IMG/VR virus record: IMGVR_UViG_3300015214_000001
Location: 128,001-192,000 of that record
DNA: 64,000 bases
Origin: a virus
Lineage: Duplodnaviria; Caudoviricetes
Strand: one strand, 5' to 3'
Made by a program: the position numbers and the translations under genes. The notes under the pieces were generated by a model. The model searched no databases. It saw only the letters and a program-made list of their open reading frames with translations, and was not told where the DNA came from. Positions 10,590 through 20,831 of this stretch are shown in pieces. Positions within the stretch are counted from its first letter, which is position 1. Every line of letters begins with the position of its first letter.

Positions 10590-12215
10590 CTATGAAATAT
10601 CATATTTTTGCATTAAATAGTCAAATATAGCTGTTCTCTTAGGCGCATCTAGGTTAGGCGCATAGACGATGATCTCGCTGATAATGCCATTGAAGTAAGC
10701 AGATGCGAATGATGAGCATCCAATGGCTAATCTGCTTGAAAATATATTCATACTTGCGAGACTTGATGTAATGGTATTGATATGAACGCCATTTCGATAT
10801 AAATCAAAAACACCGCTATCTCTAAGTTGAAACAATAATACCTGTGGTGTGTTTGTCGCATTGTTAGAAAAACTTATGCCAGCGCCAGAATTAACACGCA
10901 CCCCTACGCTTGTAAAAGGGGTTAATTGCGTTTTATGTTGCCATTCAGGGGTTGACACCAATACACCACCTTGCAGAGAATTAGATGACATAAGTGTTTC
11001 GTTACCTGGTACACTAGCACTATTTGTTGGATGACACACGATAAAAACGGAATGTTGCGATCCAGTTGTTGATGTTAACCCCGTTGCGAAAAGATTGTCG
11101 TCTAACCCGTCAAAAGTTATACCTGGTAAGCTATTTATTGCACTAGCTGTATAGATGGGGCGCATTGTTATATCCGATTGACTTAATCTAAGATTTTGCG
11201 TACTTGATCGTTCTCCCCATGTAGCAACTGGGTCAGCATCTTGACACAAAATGGTAGCATTAATGTCGCTATACGCTCTCTCTGAGGCATTAAGGTATAA
11301 GTACGGGTTGTAAGCAATTGGGTTAAATGGCTCAACTTGTAAAACATCGCTTTGTATTGCGTCTGTCGCACCAGCAGTTGACGCAGTGAATATAGAATCA
11401 AAGAACGTGGCATTTGAAAATGGTGTAATGGTTAATATAATAGCTCCGCCATTAGTTTGAGGTGGTATAGATGGTGGGTAAATTGCTCGGATATTTGTTA
11501 CATTACTCAGTGGCGGTTGAATTGCCGACCATGTTTCGCCATTATCAGTGCTATATTCAATGTTTATTGATGTGTTAATACTATTCAGCGCCACATTTGC
11601 TGGAATATCCCAGATGAGAGTTGATGTAGATAGCGTGTAATCATCACCGCTATTACGCAAATTAGCAGTAATAGTACCACTAGCCGACTGGAAATACTCA
11701 TCTTGATATTGAACCAATATTGTTAAGTTAGGCCCTTCTGGGGCAGGCTTAACCGCAGTAAATGTAACCATCAAGTCGCTATACCCCCCTGCTTGAGGGG
11801 TTGCCTCAGATGAGACATCAGCAAACTTAGCCCATGTGTGATAAACTTCCCATTGCCCTGATGCGCGGTTGAAAGTCTGCACAGTAATTTTGTTAGACAT
11901 TGATTGTTGATAAAATGGGGTTGCAACTGAGCTTGAAAAAAACTCATCACGGATATATTTCACCATTAGCGGAGATAGATTCACTAAGGGCCATTTAAAA
12001 GTAACCCCGCCGTATGCCCATCTCTGTTGAGTTGGCGTATCAACATATCGCGCATGATAAATAACATCTGCTTCATTACCTGGTCTAATCCAAACGCGCC
12101 CGTTACGCATGTCAGATTGCAGTGGCAATGAAGCCATATTATGCCCATTCAGGTATAACTCAGACCGAGATACCCAACCTTTCATCATGAAAAAGCCATC
12201 TATAATTGTCGGCAT
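10590..12215 (-). CDS. Distal-tail-like protein with C-terminal LamG/concanavalin-like domain
   Basis: Directly after the tape measure; C-terminal FDGLDD, LYRNG, YFNGIISEIIVY...YL..KY pattern; YSTDNGETW Asp-box. Confidence 0.6.
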   Translation of the reverse strand: MPTIIDGFFMMKGWVSRSELYLNGHNMASLPLQSDMRNGRVWIRPGNEADVIYHARYVDTPTQQRWAYGGVTFKWPLVNLSPLMVKYIRDEFFSSSVATPFYQQSMSNKITVQTFNRASGQWEVYHTWAKFADVSSEATPQAGGYSDLMVTFTAVKPAPEGPNLTILVQYQDEYFQSASGTITANLRNSGDDYTLSTSTLIWDIPANVALNSINTSINIEYSTDNGETWSAIQPPLSNVTNIRAIYPPSIPPQTNGGAIILTITPFSNATFFDSIFTASTAGATDAIQSDVLQVEPFNPIAYNPYLYLNASERAYSDINATILCQDADPVATWGERSSTQNLRLSQSDITMRPIYTASAINSLPGITFDGLDDNLFATGLTSTTGSQHSVFIVCHPTNSASVPGNETLMSSNSLQGGVLVSTPEWQHKTQLTPFTSVGVRVNSGAGISFSNNATNTPQVLLFQLRDSGVFDLYRNGVHINTITSSLASMNIFSSRLAIGCSSFASAYFNGIISEIIVYAPNLDAPKRTAIFDYLMQKYDIS

Positions 12216-12265
12216 GATTATCTCTTTTTATCAATCATTACCTATTAATTATACATGGCTTTAAG

Positions 12266-15200
12266 TTAGCTTTTGTTGATGCTACTGTTGAATATATCTA
12301 TTAGCGCCTGTTGCAATAAGTGGAAGTTAGCCATAACTTCATCTCTAGTTATGTTGCCTCCGATTTGGATATTATCAATATTTAACCCCACTGGTGTGGT
12401 GTTTTTATACAAAGCATTTGCAAGGCTTTGTATAACGGCATCGCTTGGATTTCTAACAGCAGGATAGTCAATAGGTTGACCTATCCTATTATATGAATTC
12501 TCGAATGCAGACGCGAAAGCACTCATGGCTTCATTTGGAATACCCCTACTCTTATCAAAAGGAACAACAATTTCAGGGTATTTACCTTCACCTGCAACCA
12601 TAAGTGTTGGCTTATCAACATAAGCCCCTCTAGCAGCCAATAACCCCCTGCCAGACGTAACCTTAACACCACCCGTAGACTTAGTAGATGACTTGGAAGT
12701 TGATGTAGATGAACTTACCTTCATCGAGTTTTGCAATTGTCTTGCTTGATCGGCAATTGCATTAAATCCAGTAGATGTGATTTGAGCAATATTTTGCATC
12801 ATCGTTGAGTGTATTTGGATAACTGAATTAGCGCCTGATGCAGTTGTGCGCTCAACACCCTTCATTAAATCGCGGGTTCTGTTTTGCAGACCTTTAGAGA
12901 ATTGGCTAATATAGTCATCCCACAACTTAGCTATGGTTGCTTGTTGTTCTGTAATTCGTTCTAATTCATTGTTAAAGCGTTCTTCGTTTAATTCAATTAA
13001 TGCTTGCTGATTGGTCTGCTCTAATTCATAAATGGTTTCAAAATGCTTCTGAGTTAACTCTAACACCTTAGATTGATGAGCAGACTCATTCTCTAAGATA
13101 GTATCAAAACTTTGCAATGCAGCATCGGCGCGATCTGTTGAAAATTGGCGCTCATCATCTAATTGTTGCGTCCTAGATTGTGAACCAATTTCTTGCAAGC
13201 TATTCTGATGCTCACTTACTTGACTGGCTTCTTGCTCATTAAAGACAGTCTGTTGAGCAAGAATGTTCTCGTTTGCAAGTGCAGTATTTTCTAATCGTTG
13301 AGAATTCGCAATAGATTCTTGTTCTTGTAACTGGGATAAGGTTGATTGATGGTTATCTAAGACCATCACTTGACCATCTTGTAAGCCACTCTCAATATCT
13401 TTAAACAGATTGGCTGTTTCGCGCGAAAAATCGTCGGCATAAGTCAGATCAATTTTCAATGAATCTTCTAATGCTACGAATTGTTCGTTAATACCTGCGC
13501 TAACGCCATCCATAACAACGTTAACAATATCACTGCCGATAGTTGCATATGCAGGACTATTAATGACCTTTGTAAGATCAACGTGACCAGTTTCAATAGC
13601 GCGGTTAAATTCTTCTAGTGTTTGCGTGACAGCATTAAACTGAGCAATTTGCGCCTCAGTTTCAATACCCCCTTCACGCATACGCTGTAATTCTTTCTCG
13701 AGCGCTGATGCAATTAAGGTGGCTTCTTCTTTGCCGACATCACTACTACCAGTCCTCATAGCATTTTGGAATGCGGAGCGAGCATCAGATATTTTTGTGC
13801 CACGCGAGATGAATTCCATCAAGGCTTCTTCTCGGTTTCGGAAATACTCTAATTCAAGCGCGAACGAATCTTGAAGATGTTGGCGTTGTCGCTGAGTGTT
13901 TTCAGCAAACGCGCGATCTTCTTCGGCGCGAGAACGCTTGTTTTCTTCATATTGTTCACGGCGATGTTTTTCAGCCTCAGACTTTTCTTTCTGGAATGCA
14001 ACTTCTGAGTCACGCATTTGTTCTGCATGGTTTTTCTTCTCTTGTGCAACTGACTCTTCAAATTGCGCCTTAGCTTCTTTCAGACGTTCAACTTGTTCTT
14101 GTCGCATTTGCGCGATGCGCTCTTTATGCTCAGTTGCCATTTCAGCTAAACGCTCTTTATGTTGTTTTGCGTTTTCTGCTTGCTGTTCTTGGAAATCGGA
14201 ACGTGTTTCAGCTAAGTTTTCTTTGTGCGATTCTGCTGCTTCTTGTTCAGTCTTTTCTGCCTCACGACGTAACATAAAGTGCCGCAAGGCATCATTCGCC
14301 ATTTCAGCTTCAAATAGCTGTTCTGCTAGGCTTTTTTGACGTTTCACGCGATCTTTAATGTAATTTTCTTCGATCTTAGCTATCTGTTTTTCGTGTTGTT
14401 CGCGCTGTTTAGCGCGGTTCTCCTGATAGCTTTTGTTAGTATCAGCAACCGACTTGCGATAACTTTCTCTAGTTGTCTCTAGGTTTTTTAAGTGTTGTTG
14501 ATTTGATTTAATTGTACTGTCTTGATACTGTTTATCTAGTTCAACCAAGCGTTTATTATGTGTCGCCTGCATAGACATAACATTCTCTCTGTGGCGAGAT
14601 GATATGTCTAACATTTGCTTATCATGTTCTTCTTGTGCTTTTCGGTCTTGCTCCATCCGTGATTGAATAACGCTACGCATTTCTTCACCGCGTTGCTTTT
14701 CAAGATTGATTAGATCATGACCTAATTCGCGTTGTTGTTTAAATATACTTAAACGATCTTTGCTTAAGTCATCTGTTCTTGAAGCTATTGAATCTTCAAT
14801 AGCAGATGCTTGTCGATCTAGTTCATTTCTGTATTCAGCAAGTGCCAATTTAGCTTGAACAGTTGAGCTTTGCAAGTATTCCATCCGCTTTTGCAACTCA
14901 GCGACTTCTTTATTTGCTTCACTCATTTCCTTGCCAGCTTCACCGTAGATTGTTTCATCCCCGATGGCGTGACCTAAGATAGTCCTGATCTTATCGCTGA
15001 TGCCAGTTAATTTTGTGGAATTTTTATTAACTTCATTGATGTATTCTTGTTGAGCTTGAATTTGCAAGCGTATTGCTTCAACTTCATCATTGATAGCTTC
15101 TCTGGCATTTGAACGACTTAAAGTATCTGTTAATTCGACATTCTCTTGCATCTTACGATTGATAACATCAAGGCTTTTTTTAATTTGATCGGGCGCAGTT

Positions 15201-16225
15201 CCTTGCAACCAATCAACTACTGATACACCCAACTGAATACCATCTATAGCGGCAGTTAAAGGCCCTATTAACTTGGATGCAACTTTAGCAGCTTTACCAA
15301 GTTGTCCTGCGCGTTGCGCTAATTGCCCCATATAAGCCTGTTGCTTCGTTAAAGGGGTATTTGTAGCTTGTAATGCCGCATTTGTTCGCGTTACGTTGCG
15401 TTCAAATCTTTGCATTGAAGCGCTTATATCTCTGAATTGCTTGGTTTGTCCAGCAACCTTATCATATGATGATTTTATCTCACCATATGCGCTTTTTGCG
15501 TTAGATGCAAAATCTATGATTCCCTGAATGGTTGGGATCATAGATTTCAGTGATGTGTCTAAGCCTGCTGTCTTTTTGGTTAAAAGGTCAAAACTTAAGC
15601 CTAAGTTTTTAATCTTTTCCGCATTTGTCTCTGCAAACTTCGTTGTCCACTGTGAATACCCCGATGGAGCATCTGGCGTACTCGGCTCAGACTTTTTAGG
15701 TTCTTTGCTACCACTGCCACCAGCAGGCAAATAACGACCACTGCTATCACGCGGACGCGGAGGCCTTACCTTACTAGCCTCCTTCTGCATTTTTCGGTAT
15801 TCTTCGGTGGTCTGTTTTGCCGCGCCAGTTAAGTCATCTTGAGCTTTTTTAGCTTTATCTAGTGATTCTGGGATTAGCTTTGTTGCTGTTCCTGCACCGC
15901 TATTAAACTTATCTAATTCATTGTTGACATCTTTTAATGTTTCTTCGACATCTTTGTTTGCTGCACTAGTTCTTGAACCGAAATCAGTCATAACCCCACG
16001 AAGTGAGGTTACGCTTTTTTCGATAGTAGACATATCTTTAGCAATCTTGCTAAGAGCTTCTTTGTTGACACCCGTTAGCATATCAGGAAGTGATTTATTG
16101 ACTGCCTTTATGGATTTGCCAACGTTATCAACCTGCTTGCTAAGATTCTGCAATACATTTGCAACTTCTTGCGTTGGGCCAACCTGAATATCAAAGATGA
16201 TTGAGTTGTCGCTTTTATTAGCCAT
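12266..16225 (-). CDS. Tape measure protein
   Basis: 1319 aa, long helical/coiled-coil composition, C-terminal AARGAYVDKPTLMVAGEG..PEIVVP motif, follows tail chaperones. Confidence 0.85.
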   Translation of the reverse strand: MANKSDNSIIFDIQVGPTQEVANVLQNLSKQVDNVGKSIKAVNKSLPDMLTGVNKEALSKIAKDMSTIEKSVTSLRGVMTDFGSRTSAANKDVEETLKDVNNELDKFNSGAGTATKLIPESLDKAKKAQDDLTGAAKQTTEEYRKMQKEASKVRPPRPRDSSGRYLPAGGSGSKEPKKSEPSTPDAPSGYSQWTTKFAETNAEKIKNLGLSFDLLTKKTAGLDTSLKSMIPTIQGIIDFASNAKSAYGEIKSSYDKVAGQTKQFRDISASMQRFERNVTRTNAALQATNTPLTKQQAYMGQLAQRAGQLGKAAKVASKLIGPLTAAIDGIQLGVSVVDWLQGTAPDQIKKSLDVINRKMQENVELTDTLSRSNAREAINDEVEAIRLQIQAQQEYINEVNKNSTKLTGISDKIRTILGHAIGDETIYGEAGKEMSEANKEVAELQKRMEYLQSSTVQAKLALAEYRNELDRQASAIEDSIASRTDDLSKDRLSIFKQQRELGHDLINLEKQRGEEMRSVIQSRMEQDRKAQEEHDKQMLDISSRHRENVMSMQATHNKRLVELDKQYQDSTIKSNQQHLKNLETTRESYRKSVADTNKSYQENRAKQREQHEKQIAKIEENYIKDRVKRQKSLAEQLFEAEMANDALRHFMLRREAEKTEQEAAESHKENLAETRSDFQEQQAENAKQHKERLAEMATEHKERIAQMRQEQVERLKEAKAQFEESVAQEKKNHAEQMRDSEVAFQKEKSEAEKHRREQYEENKRSRAEEDRAFAENTQRQRQHLQDSFALELEYFRNREEALMEFISRGTKISDARSAFQNAMRTGSSDVGKEEATLIASALEKELQRMREGGIETEAQIAQFNAVTQTLEEFNRAIETGHVDLTKVINSPAYATIGSDIVNVVMDGVSAGINEQFVALEDSLKIDLTYADDFSRETANLFKDIESGLQDGQVMVLDNHQSTLSQLQEQESIANSQRLENTALANENILAQQTVFNEQEASQVSEHQNSLQEIGSQSRTQQLDDERQFSTDRADAALQSFDTILENESAHQSKVLELTQKHFETIYELEQTNQQALIELNEERFNNELERITEQQATIAKLWDDYISQFSKGLQNRTRDLMKGVERTTASGANSVIQIHSTMMQNIAQITSTGFNAIADQARQLQNSMKVSSSTSTSKSSTKSTGGVKVTSGRGLLAARGAYVDKPTLMVAGEGKYPEIVVPFDKSRGIPNEAMSAFASAFENSYNRIGQPIDYPAVRNPSDAVIQSLANALYKNTTPVGLNIDNIQIGGNITRDEVMANFHLLQQALIDIFNSSINKS

Positions 16226-16250
16226 ATTTCACCTTTGTATCCAAAAGAAA

Positions 16251-16688
16251 TTATTTTCCGTTAATTCGCCTCATATTTCCCTTTGGGATACTATTGCTTT
16301 GTTGTGTATTATTGCTGCCATCGTTAGAATAAGGGTCAATAGCGCGTAAAGCGCTGATACTTGCTGGCTTATTGCCATTCTGAGCAATCCATTGTTCATA
16401 CAAAGCCATGATAGGCGATGTGTTGCTCTTATGAGAATATATGGTATAGGCAAGTGACATATCACCAATCCACTTAGGATCATAGACCATCACTTCATCT
16501 TGGGTATATAAGCGTTGAAACCCACTCATTTTCCAAAGCCAGAAACCTGTTCTTACTATCTCCCAAGGATAATCAAATGCCCATTCCTCTGGCTCACCGA
16601 ACACGTCTTGTTTTTTATCATTAGCCATGTCTTTGAACCAAGCCCTAACCTCATCTCTAAAGTCGGCTTGGCTCTTAGCTAGTTTGGG
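16251..16688 (-). CDS. Tail assembly chaperone, frameshift extension (GT-like)
   Basis: The -1 frame from CCC AAA CTA GCT AAG... is open and continuous into the track ORF 16251..16628. Confidence 0.8.
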   Translation of the reverse strand, partial: PKLAKSQADFRDEVRAWFKDMANDKKQDVFGEPEEWAFDYPWEIVRTGFWLWKMSGFQRLYTQDEVMVYDPKWIGDMSLAYTIYSHKSNTSPIMALYEQWIAQNGNKPASISALRAIDPYSNDGSNNTQQSNSIPKGNMRRINGK

Positions 16689-17113
16689 TCAATGGGTTCT
16701 CCATCTGTGCCTTTTTGGGTCATTTCTTCCCTGACAGGCTTGTATATCTTCTGTAGACTAGCAAGAGCCTCATCCCATTCTTCAAGGATATGGTAGGGGA
16801 TATTTTCAGAGAAATACTCATAGCATATTTCTAATTGCTCACCTTTCTGAACCATATTCCACCAACTCTCAACATTGTGATATTCTTCGGGCAAGTCTGG
16901 CAAGACATCCCAGTTAAAGATCATATTTGTTGTAAAGACTAATCGCCACGCATAATCTGTAGCCACAGAATCATAAGCATTTGGGAATGCAAGTTTAATT
17001 TGATCCTTGATCCCTTGTAATCTTGTGATTGTCGCAATGGTTTGAAAGGCATTGGACTCAATAGTAATTGCTTTGTGGAAAAAAGTTGCACGTTTGCTCA
17101 TTATATACTCCAT
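16679..17113 (-). CDS. Tail assembly chaperone (G-like)
   Basis: Between major tail and tape measure genes; ends GAC CCA AAC TAG; true start may be the second Met (MSKR). Confidence 0.8.
   Translation of the reverse strand: MEYIMSKRATFFHKAITIESNAFQTIATITRLQGIKDQIKLAFPNAYDSVATDYAWRLVFTTNMIFNWDVLPDLPEEYHNVESWWNMVQKGEQLEICYEYFSENIPYHILEEWDEALASLQKIYKPVREEMTQKGTDGEPIDPN
16682..16688 (-). other. -1 ribosomal frameshift slippery heptamer C CCA AAC
   Basis: X XXY YYZ pattern immediately before the stop, joining the two chaperone ORFs. Confidence 0.85.
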
Positions 17114-17140
17114 TACGGCTTATCAGCGGTATGTTTAATT

Positions 17141-17578
17141 TTAGCTTTCTTTACTTTCAGTTTGTTCAGCATCAACCTGCTTTGTGGTTTTCCCGCCACG
17201 TTTCGTCTCGGATGTGCTTTCTTCTTGGGTCTTATTTTCTTCTAAATAAGGCGCAACGGCAGCATCCACAATAGCTAACAATTCTTCTGACAGTTCATCA
17301 GAAATGCGAGCGTGTCCAGCAGGAACATAATAGAAGAATTGCCCCTTATGTCCAAAATAAACAGTTGTGGGCGTTGCTTCTGCTGTAGATTGCGAATAGA
17401 AAGCGCCATTGGGGTAACGTGTGGGTGTTTGTGAAATGCGATATTCACCCTTATCTGTGATTTCTCGAACCCCAATGCGCTTATCATCAATAGTTCTGAT
17501 ACTAACAGTCATTTCAAACTCTCCATAATGAGGCATCAAGGCAAATAACATGATCTGCCTTGATGCAAATACTAACAA
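17141..17578 (-). CDS. Hypothetical protein (likely start MTVSIR near 17512)
   Basis: ORF after major tail gene; GGAG precedes the internal ATG. Confidence 0.55.
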   Translation of the reverse strand: MLVFASRQIMLFALMPHYGEFEMTVSIRTIDDKRIGVREITDKGEYRISQTPTRYPNGAFYSQSTAEATPTTVYFGHKGQFFYYVPAGHARISDELSEELLAIVDAAVAPYLEENKTQEESTSETKRGGKTTKQVDAEQTESKES

Positions 17579-18498
17579 ACAATAGAGCCAGCGCTTGATG
17601 AAACATAATGTGTTTCATAGAAGATGCCGATGTATTCCCCACCTGCAAACTCTGTAGCAGGCGCTAAAGGACTAATTGTAACTGCGGCAGTTGTAAGTGA
17701 CACTGAATCAGCATCAGCCTTACGACCATTGATGTACGTTTGCAATGAGTCTGTTTCTGAATCGGGCGGCGCACTAATCGGCGCAATTGGCAAGAATGGT
17801 AAAGTAACCGTTTCTGTTGCTTGCGTTGGTCGTGCGATATACCCCACAGTATGAACAGGGTTATCAGTGATGATGTAAACATTTGGGGCCATGTTATTAG
17901 ACAATCCCATATCAGTACAAGCAAATGGCAAGCCCCAAGGGAAACGATCACCAGTAGTCGGCACAACAGTATAGCCTGTAGGCGAGTGAGCTTGGAACGC
18001 AGGCCCAGAAGAAAACCCTTTAGGCGTTGCCCAAGTACGCGGCAATAGAATTGAAATAAATTTATTCGCACCTACCGAGCCAGGGTCTTTTGATTGAATA
18101 CGGAATACAATTAACATCCATGCCTGAGGCGGTGACGATTCCATAATATTATCAGACCAGATTGTTTGACGCGCATTTAATGTTCCGTCAACACGACTGC
18201 CAGATAACATAGCAGATAAGTCAGCATCAGCAGTTGATAAGGTCATTTCAAAAGTGCCGAGTGAAGTGATACCATAGACAAATGCACCAGTCCATACATC
18301 GCCACCCGTGAAGTCGATCACTGTTCTATCTGGCAAAGTTAATGATGCGTCTGTTGCATATCGCACCATATACGGAGACATCATTGTGCCAGGCAACACG
18401 CCAGGGCCAGCCGTTCCGTAGTTATAGCCAGCATCATCAACTAATCCAATAAACACCCTATATAAACCGTGAGCATCACCAGTTCTAATTTGTGCCAT
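17572..18498 (-). CDS. Putative major tail (tube) protein
   Basis: 308 aa, beta-rich, with own upstream promoter and RBS; position between tail terminator and chaperones. Confidence 0.7.
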   Translation of the reverse strand: MAQIRTGDAHGLYRVFIGLVDDAGYNYGTAGPGVLPGTMMSPYMVRYATDASLTLPDRTVIDFTGGDVWTGAFVYGITSLGTFEMTLSTADADLSAMLSGSRVDGTLNARQTIWSDNIMESSPPQAWMLIVFRIQSKDPGSVGANKFISILLPRTWATPKGFSSGPAFQAHSPTGYTVVPTTGDRFPWGLPFACTDMGLSNNMAPNVYIITDNPVHTVGYIARPTQATETVTLPFLPIAPISAPPDSETDSLQTYINGRKADADSVSLTTAAVTISPLAPATEFAGGEYIGIFYETHYVSSSAGSIVC

Positions 18499-18584
18499 CT
18501 CTTTTATCCTCTTAAAATTAATTAATTTATATCTTTAGGCACGATATGATTTATATTGTACCAAAGGTTTTAAGGCATTTTTCA

Positions 18585-18606
18585 AAAACGTGGAGTTCCA
18601 CGTTTT
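18585..18606. repeat. Dispersed palindrome copy 1 (AAAACGTGGAGTTCCACGTTTT)
   Basis: Same element at 39841 and 60927, in opposite orientation. Confidence 0.85.
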
Positions 18607-19111
18607 ATGGTATGCCTGTTTCGTTATATACGATTTGGTTAATAACCGTTAACTCAATAGTAAAGCCCCAAAATGCACCAGCATCTACGCCATCACGAGT
18701 ATAGAGCGTAACCCCACTACGACGATCTAATCGTGTTCGGTTAACACCTGACAGGCTTGTTTGTGGCCCATCCAGCAATCCTCGCCTGTTAGCTACCTGC
18801 AACATGGGGTGTTCTAAGAAGTAGCGAACAGTTGCCACTGCCACTTCTCTAGCTTCTTGCTCATATCGTTGACTTTCAGTGCCACTAGGATCGCTATAAG
18901 TTTTCCCAATGTAAGCAAGTGAATAGCCTTGTTCTGCGAGTTCTTCACCAGCAGACTCTTGTGGATACGCCTCATCCTCAATAAAGACGAGCCAACAAGG
19001 ACGGTTAGCGAGATCAATGTTAGACCTTGTATAGTGATAAGCATTTGTGATGCTTGGGTGTGCATCAACTAGCATGAGTGCCAATCTTGCTGGAACAGTT
19101 AATATTGACAT
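18605..19111 (-). CDS. Putative tail terminator/completion protein
   Basis: 168 aa immediately upstream of the major tail gene. Confidence 0.5.
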   Translation of the reverse strand: MSILTVPARLALMLVDAHPSITNAYHYTRSNIDLANRPCWLVFIEDEAYPQESAGEELAEQGYSLAYIGKTYSDPSGTESQRYEQEAREVAVATVRYFLEHPMLQVANRRGLLDGPQTSLSGVNRTRLDRRSGVTLYTRDGVDAGAFWGFTIELTVINQIVYNETGIP

Positions 19112-19115
19112 AAGG

Positions 19116-19358
19116 TTATCTCTTTTTCACCGTTTTATTGGGGGAATTTAACAACCTTTGGCTATATGTTTTCAGCAATCGTTTAGTTGCTAAGAGTGTT
19201 CCTACAGCCGCTTGTATCTCAGGTTCTCTTTCAGCTTCTTTGCCGAGCATGGCAATTACCTGATCGACTGTATCACTAACAGTTCTCACGTTGAAAACTT
19301 TTTGCGCTTCTAACTGCCCTTCTAGTTCAGCTTGTTTTACCCTGCTTCTATATGACAT
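19116..19358 (-). CDS. Hypothetical protein
   Basis: 80-aa ORF with GGAGG RBS. Confidence 0.6.
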   Translation of the reverse strand: MSYRSRVKQAELEGQLEAQKVFNVRTVSDTVDQVIAMLGKEAEREPEIQAAVGTLLATKRLLKTYSQRLLNSPNKTVKKR

Positions 19359-19375
19359 AAATATTTCCTCCCGCC

Positions 19376-20326
19376 TTATTCTAAAATCATGGAACGTTGA
19401 TAAGACTTGATAATTGTTAATACATCGGCTGGTATTCCCATTTCAACACCAACGCTCATATCAGAGACACCCAACCTACCGCCTGTTTGCAATACAGCTT
19501 CACGCCACGTCTTAGCAACCTGTAAGCAGGCTTGGACTATATCCTCAACAACATTCCACCGATGTATTTCAGTCGTTGAAAGATGACTAGTTGCTATTGT
19601 CCCATTAACGCCACGAATAACAGTCACTTTCGTTTTGTCAACACCAGTTACTTGCATAAACTCATCGCCCATCTTTATAAGTCTACCTTCTAAAAACGCA
19701 CGTTCTCCCCAGTTATCGAAAATAGCATCAGGAGGAACTGTGAATGCAATTTGGCGCGTGACTGCATCAATGTTGGCGTTTAGTGATCCATTTATTTTTA
19801 TCCAGAAATCATGGGGGTAAGATCGGCTAGGTCTGCTCTCCGCATATCCCCAAATGCCATCTATTTTTATTACACCTTCGTTAACTCTAGCTGCATAAGG
19901 ATAAGAATATCCCCATCCCCCACCCCATGCTTTAGGGAATTTCAACCCTACTGCATAATGTGGTTTTGTATTCAATGGCAACAAATAATAGTCTTTATCG
20001 GTTAATAGCTGTTCGCCATTTTTTATCTCATTAATGGCAATGAGGTCAGCATCAACAATCAATTCAGCAAATGGAAGTCGTCGCCTAGATAAATCAAAAA
20101 AAGAATTAGGGATAGGATATTCCCTAACTTGTCGGCTCGGGAAAAAGCTACGCCTTGTATAAGTTTCGATATACCTAGTGGCGTGGCGCAGATAATCGCG
20201 TATCTTCTCATCATTAATTTGAGTACGATTATCTTTTAAATTCATGTCCTCAACAATACCACCCGTATTGCCGATGTCTTTTGCTTGTTCAAAGTCACTG
20301 ATAAGTGCATATGTTAGGCTGCTCAT
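19376..20326 (-). CDS. Head-tail adaptor/connector protein
   Basis: YA...F; ATRYIETYTRRSF; IKIDGIWGY; DIVQACL; IPADVLTIIKSY - gp6/gp15-like ends with an inserted RGVNGT.A..H domain. Confidence 0.75.
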   Translation of the reverse strand: MSSLTYALISDFEQAKDIGNTGGIVEDMNLKDNRTQINDEKIRDYLRHATRYIETYTRRSFFPSRQVREYPIPNSFFDLSRRRLPFAELIVDADLIAINEIKNGEQLLTDKDYYLLPLNTKPHYAVGLKFPKAWGGGWGYSYPYAARVNEGVIKIDGIWGYAESRPSRSYPHDFWIKINGSLNANIDAVTRQIAFTVPPDAIFDNWGERAFLEGRLIKMGDEFMQVTGVDKTKVTVIRGVNGTIATSHLSTTEIHRWNVVEDIVQACLQVAKTWREAVLQTGGRLGVSDMSVGVEMGIPADVLTIIKSYQRSMILE

Positions 20327-20328
20327 AT

Positions 20329-20751
20329 TTAACCCCCAGTGACGCTTGTGTGAGTAAAAAACGCATAGGCGCTAATTGCCCCTTCAGTTCCACCTGATAA
20401 TCTTGCTCTGAAATAAGTATTTCTAAGTACAGGTATCACGTATGATGTGCCATCAGAAGGGGTTACTGACGCATTTATTGTCGCTTGATCGCCCATTTCA
20501 AACCCTTCTATCGGAAACCAGACCTCACCATCGGGACTTGTTTCAAAGTTAACAGTGCCATCGTAGCCTTCCAATGTTTCAAACCACACCCATACTGCAT
20601 TAAAATTGCCATTAGACAGCAACATCCCGTTTAATGGGTGTTCTGGATTTGTTAATGGAATAGGTGGATCAGGCTGACTGCCATCATAAGGTGTTTCGTT
20701 GTGTAATGTAAAAACTGTACCATTTGATGCTGATTTGATAAATTCTGACAC
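20329..20751 (-). CDS. Hypothetical virion protein
   Basis: Track ORF 20329..20790; better start is GTG at 20751 after CAGGAG; GTVNFETSPDG..WF and YFRARLS motifs. Confidence 0.55.
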   Translation of the reverse strand: MSEFIKSASNGTVFTLHNETPYDGSQPDPPIPLTNPEHPLNGMLLSNGNFNAVWVWFETLEGYDGTVNFETSPDGEVWFPIEGFEMGDQATINASVTPSDGTSYVIPVLRNTYFRARLSGGTEGAISAYAFFTHTSVTGG

Positions 20752-20770
20752 GACATATCTCCTGAAATTA

Positions 20771-20812
20771 AAACAGCCGATAGCCGACAATTTCTGTGGC
20801 TATCGGCTGTTT
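20771..20812 (-). terminator. Intrinsic terminator hairpin
   Basis: AAACAGCCGATAGCC...GGCTATCGGCTGTTT. Confidence 0.7.
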
Positions 20813-20831
20813 CGCTTAATTGTATAAGCTA

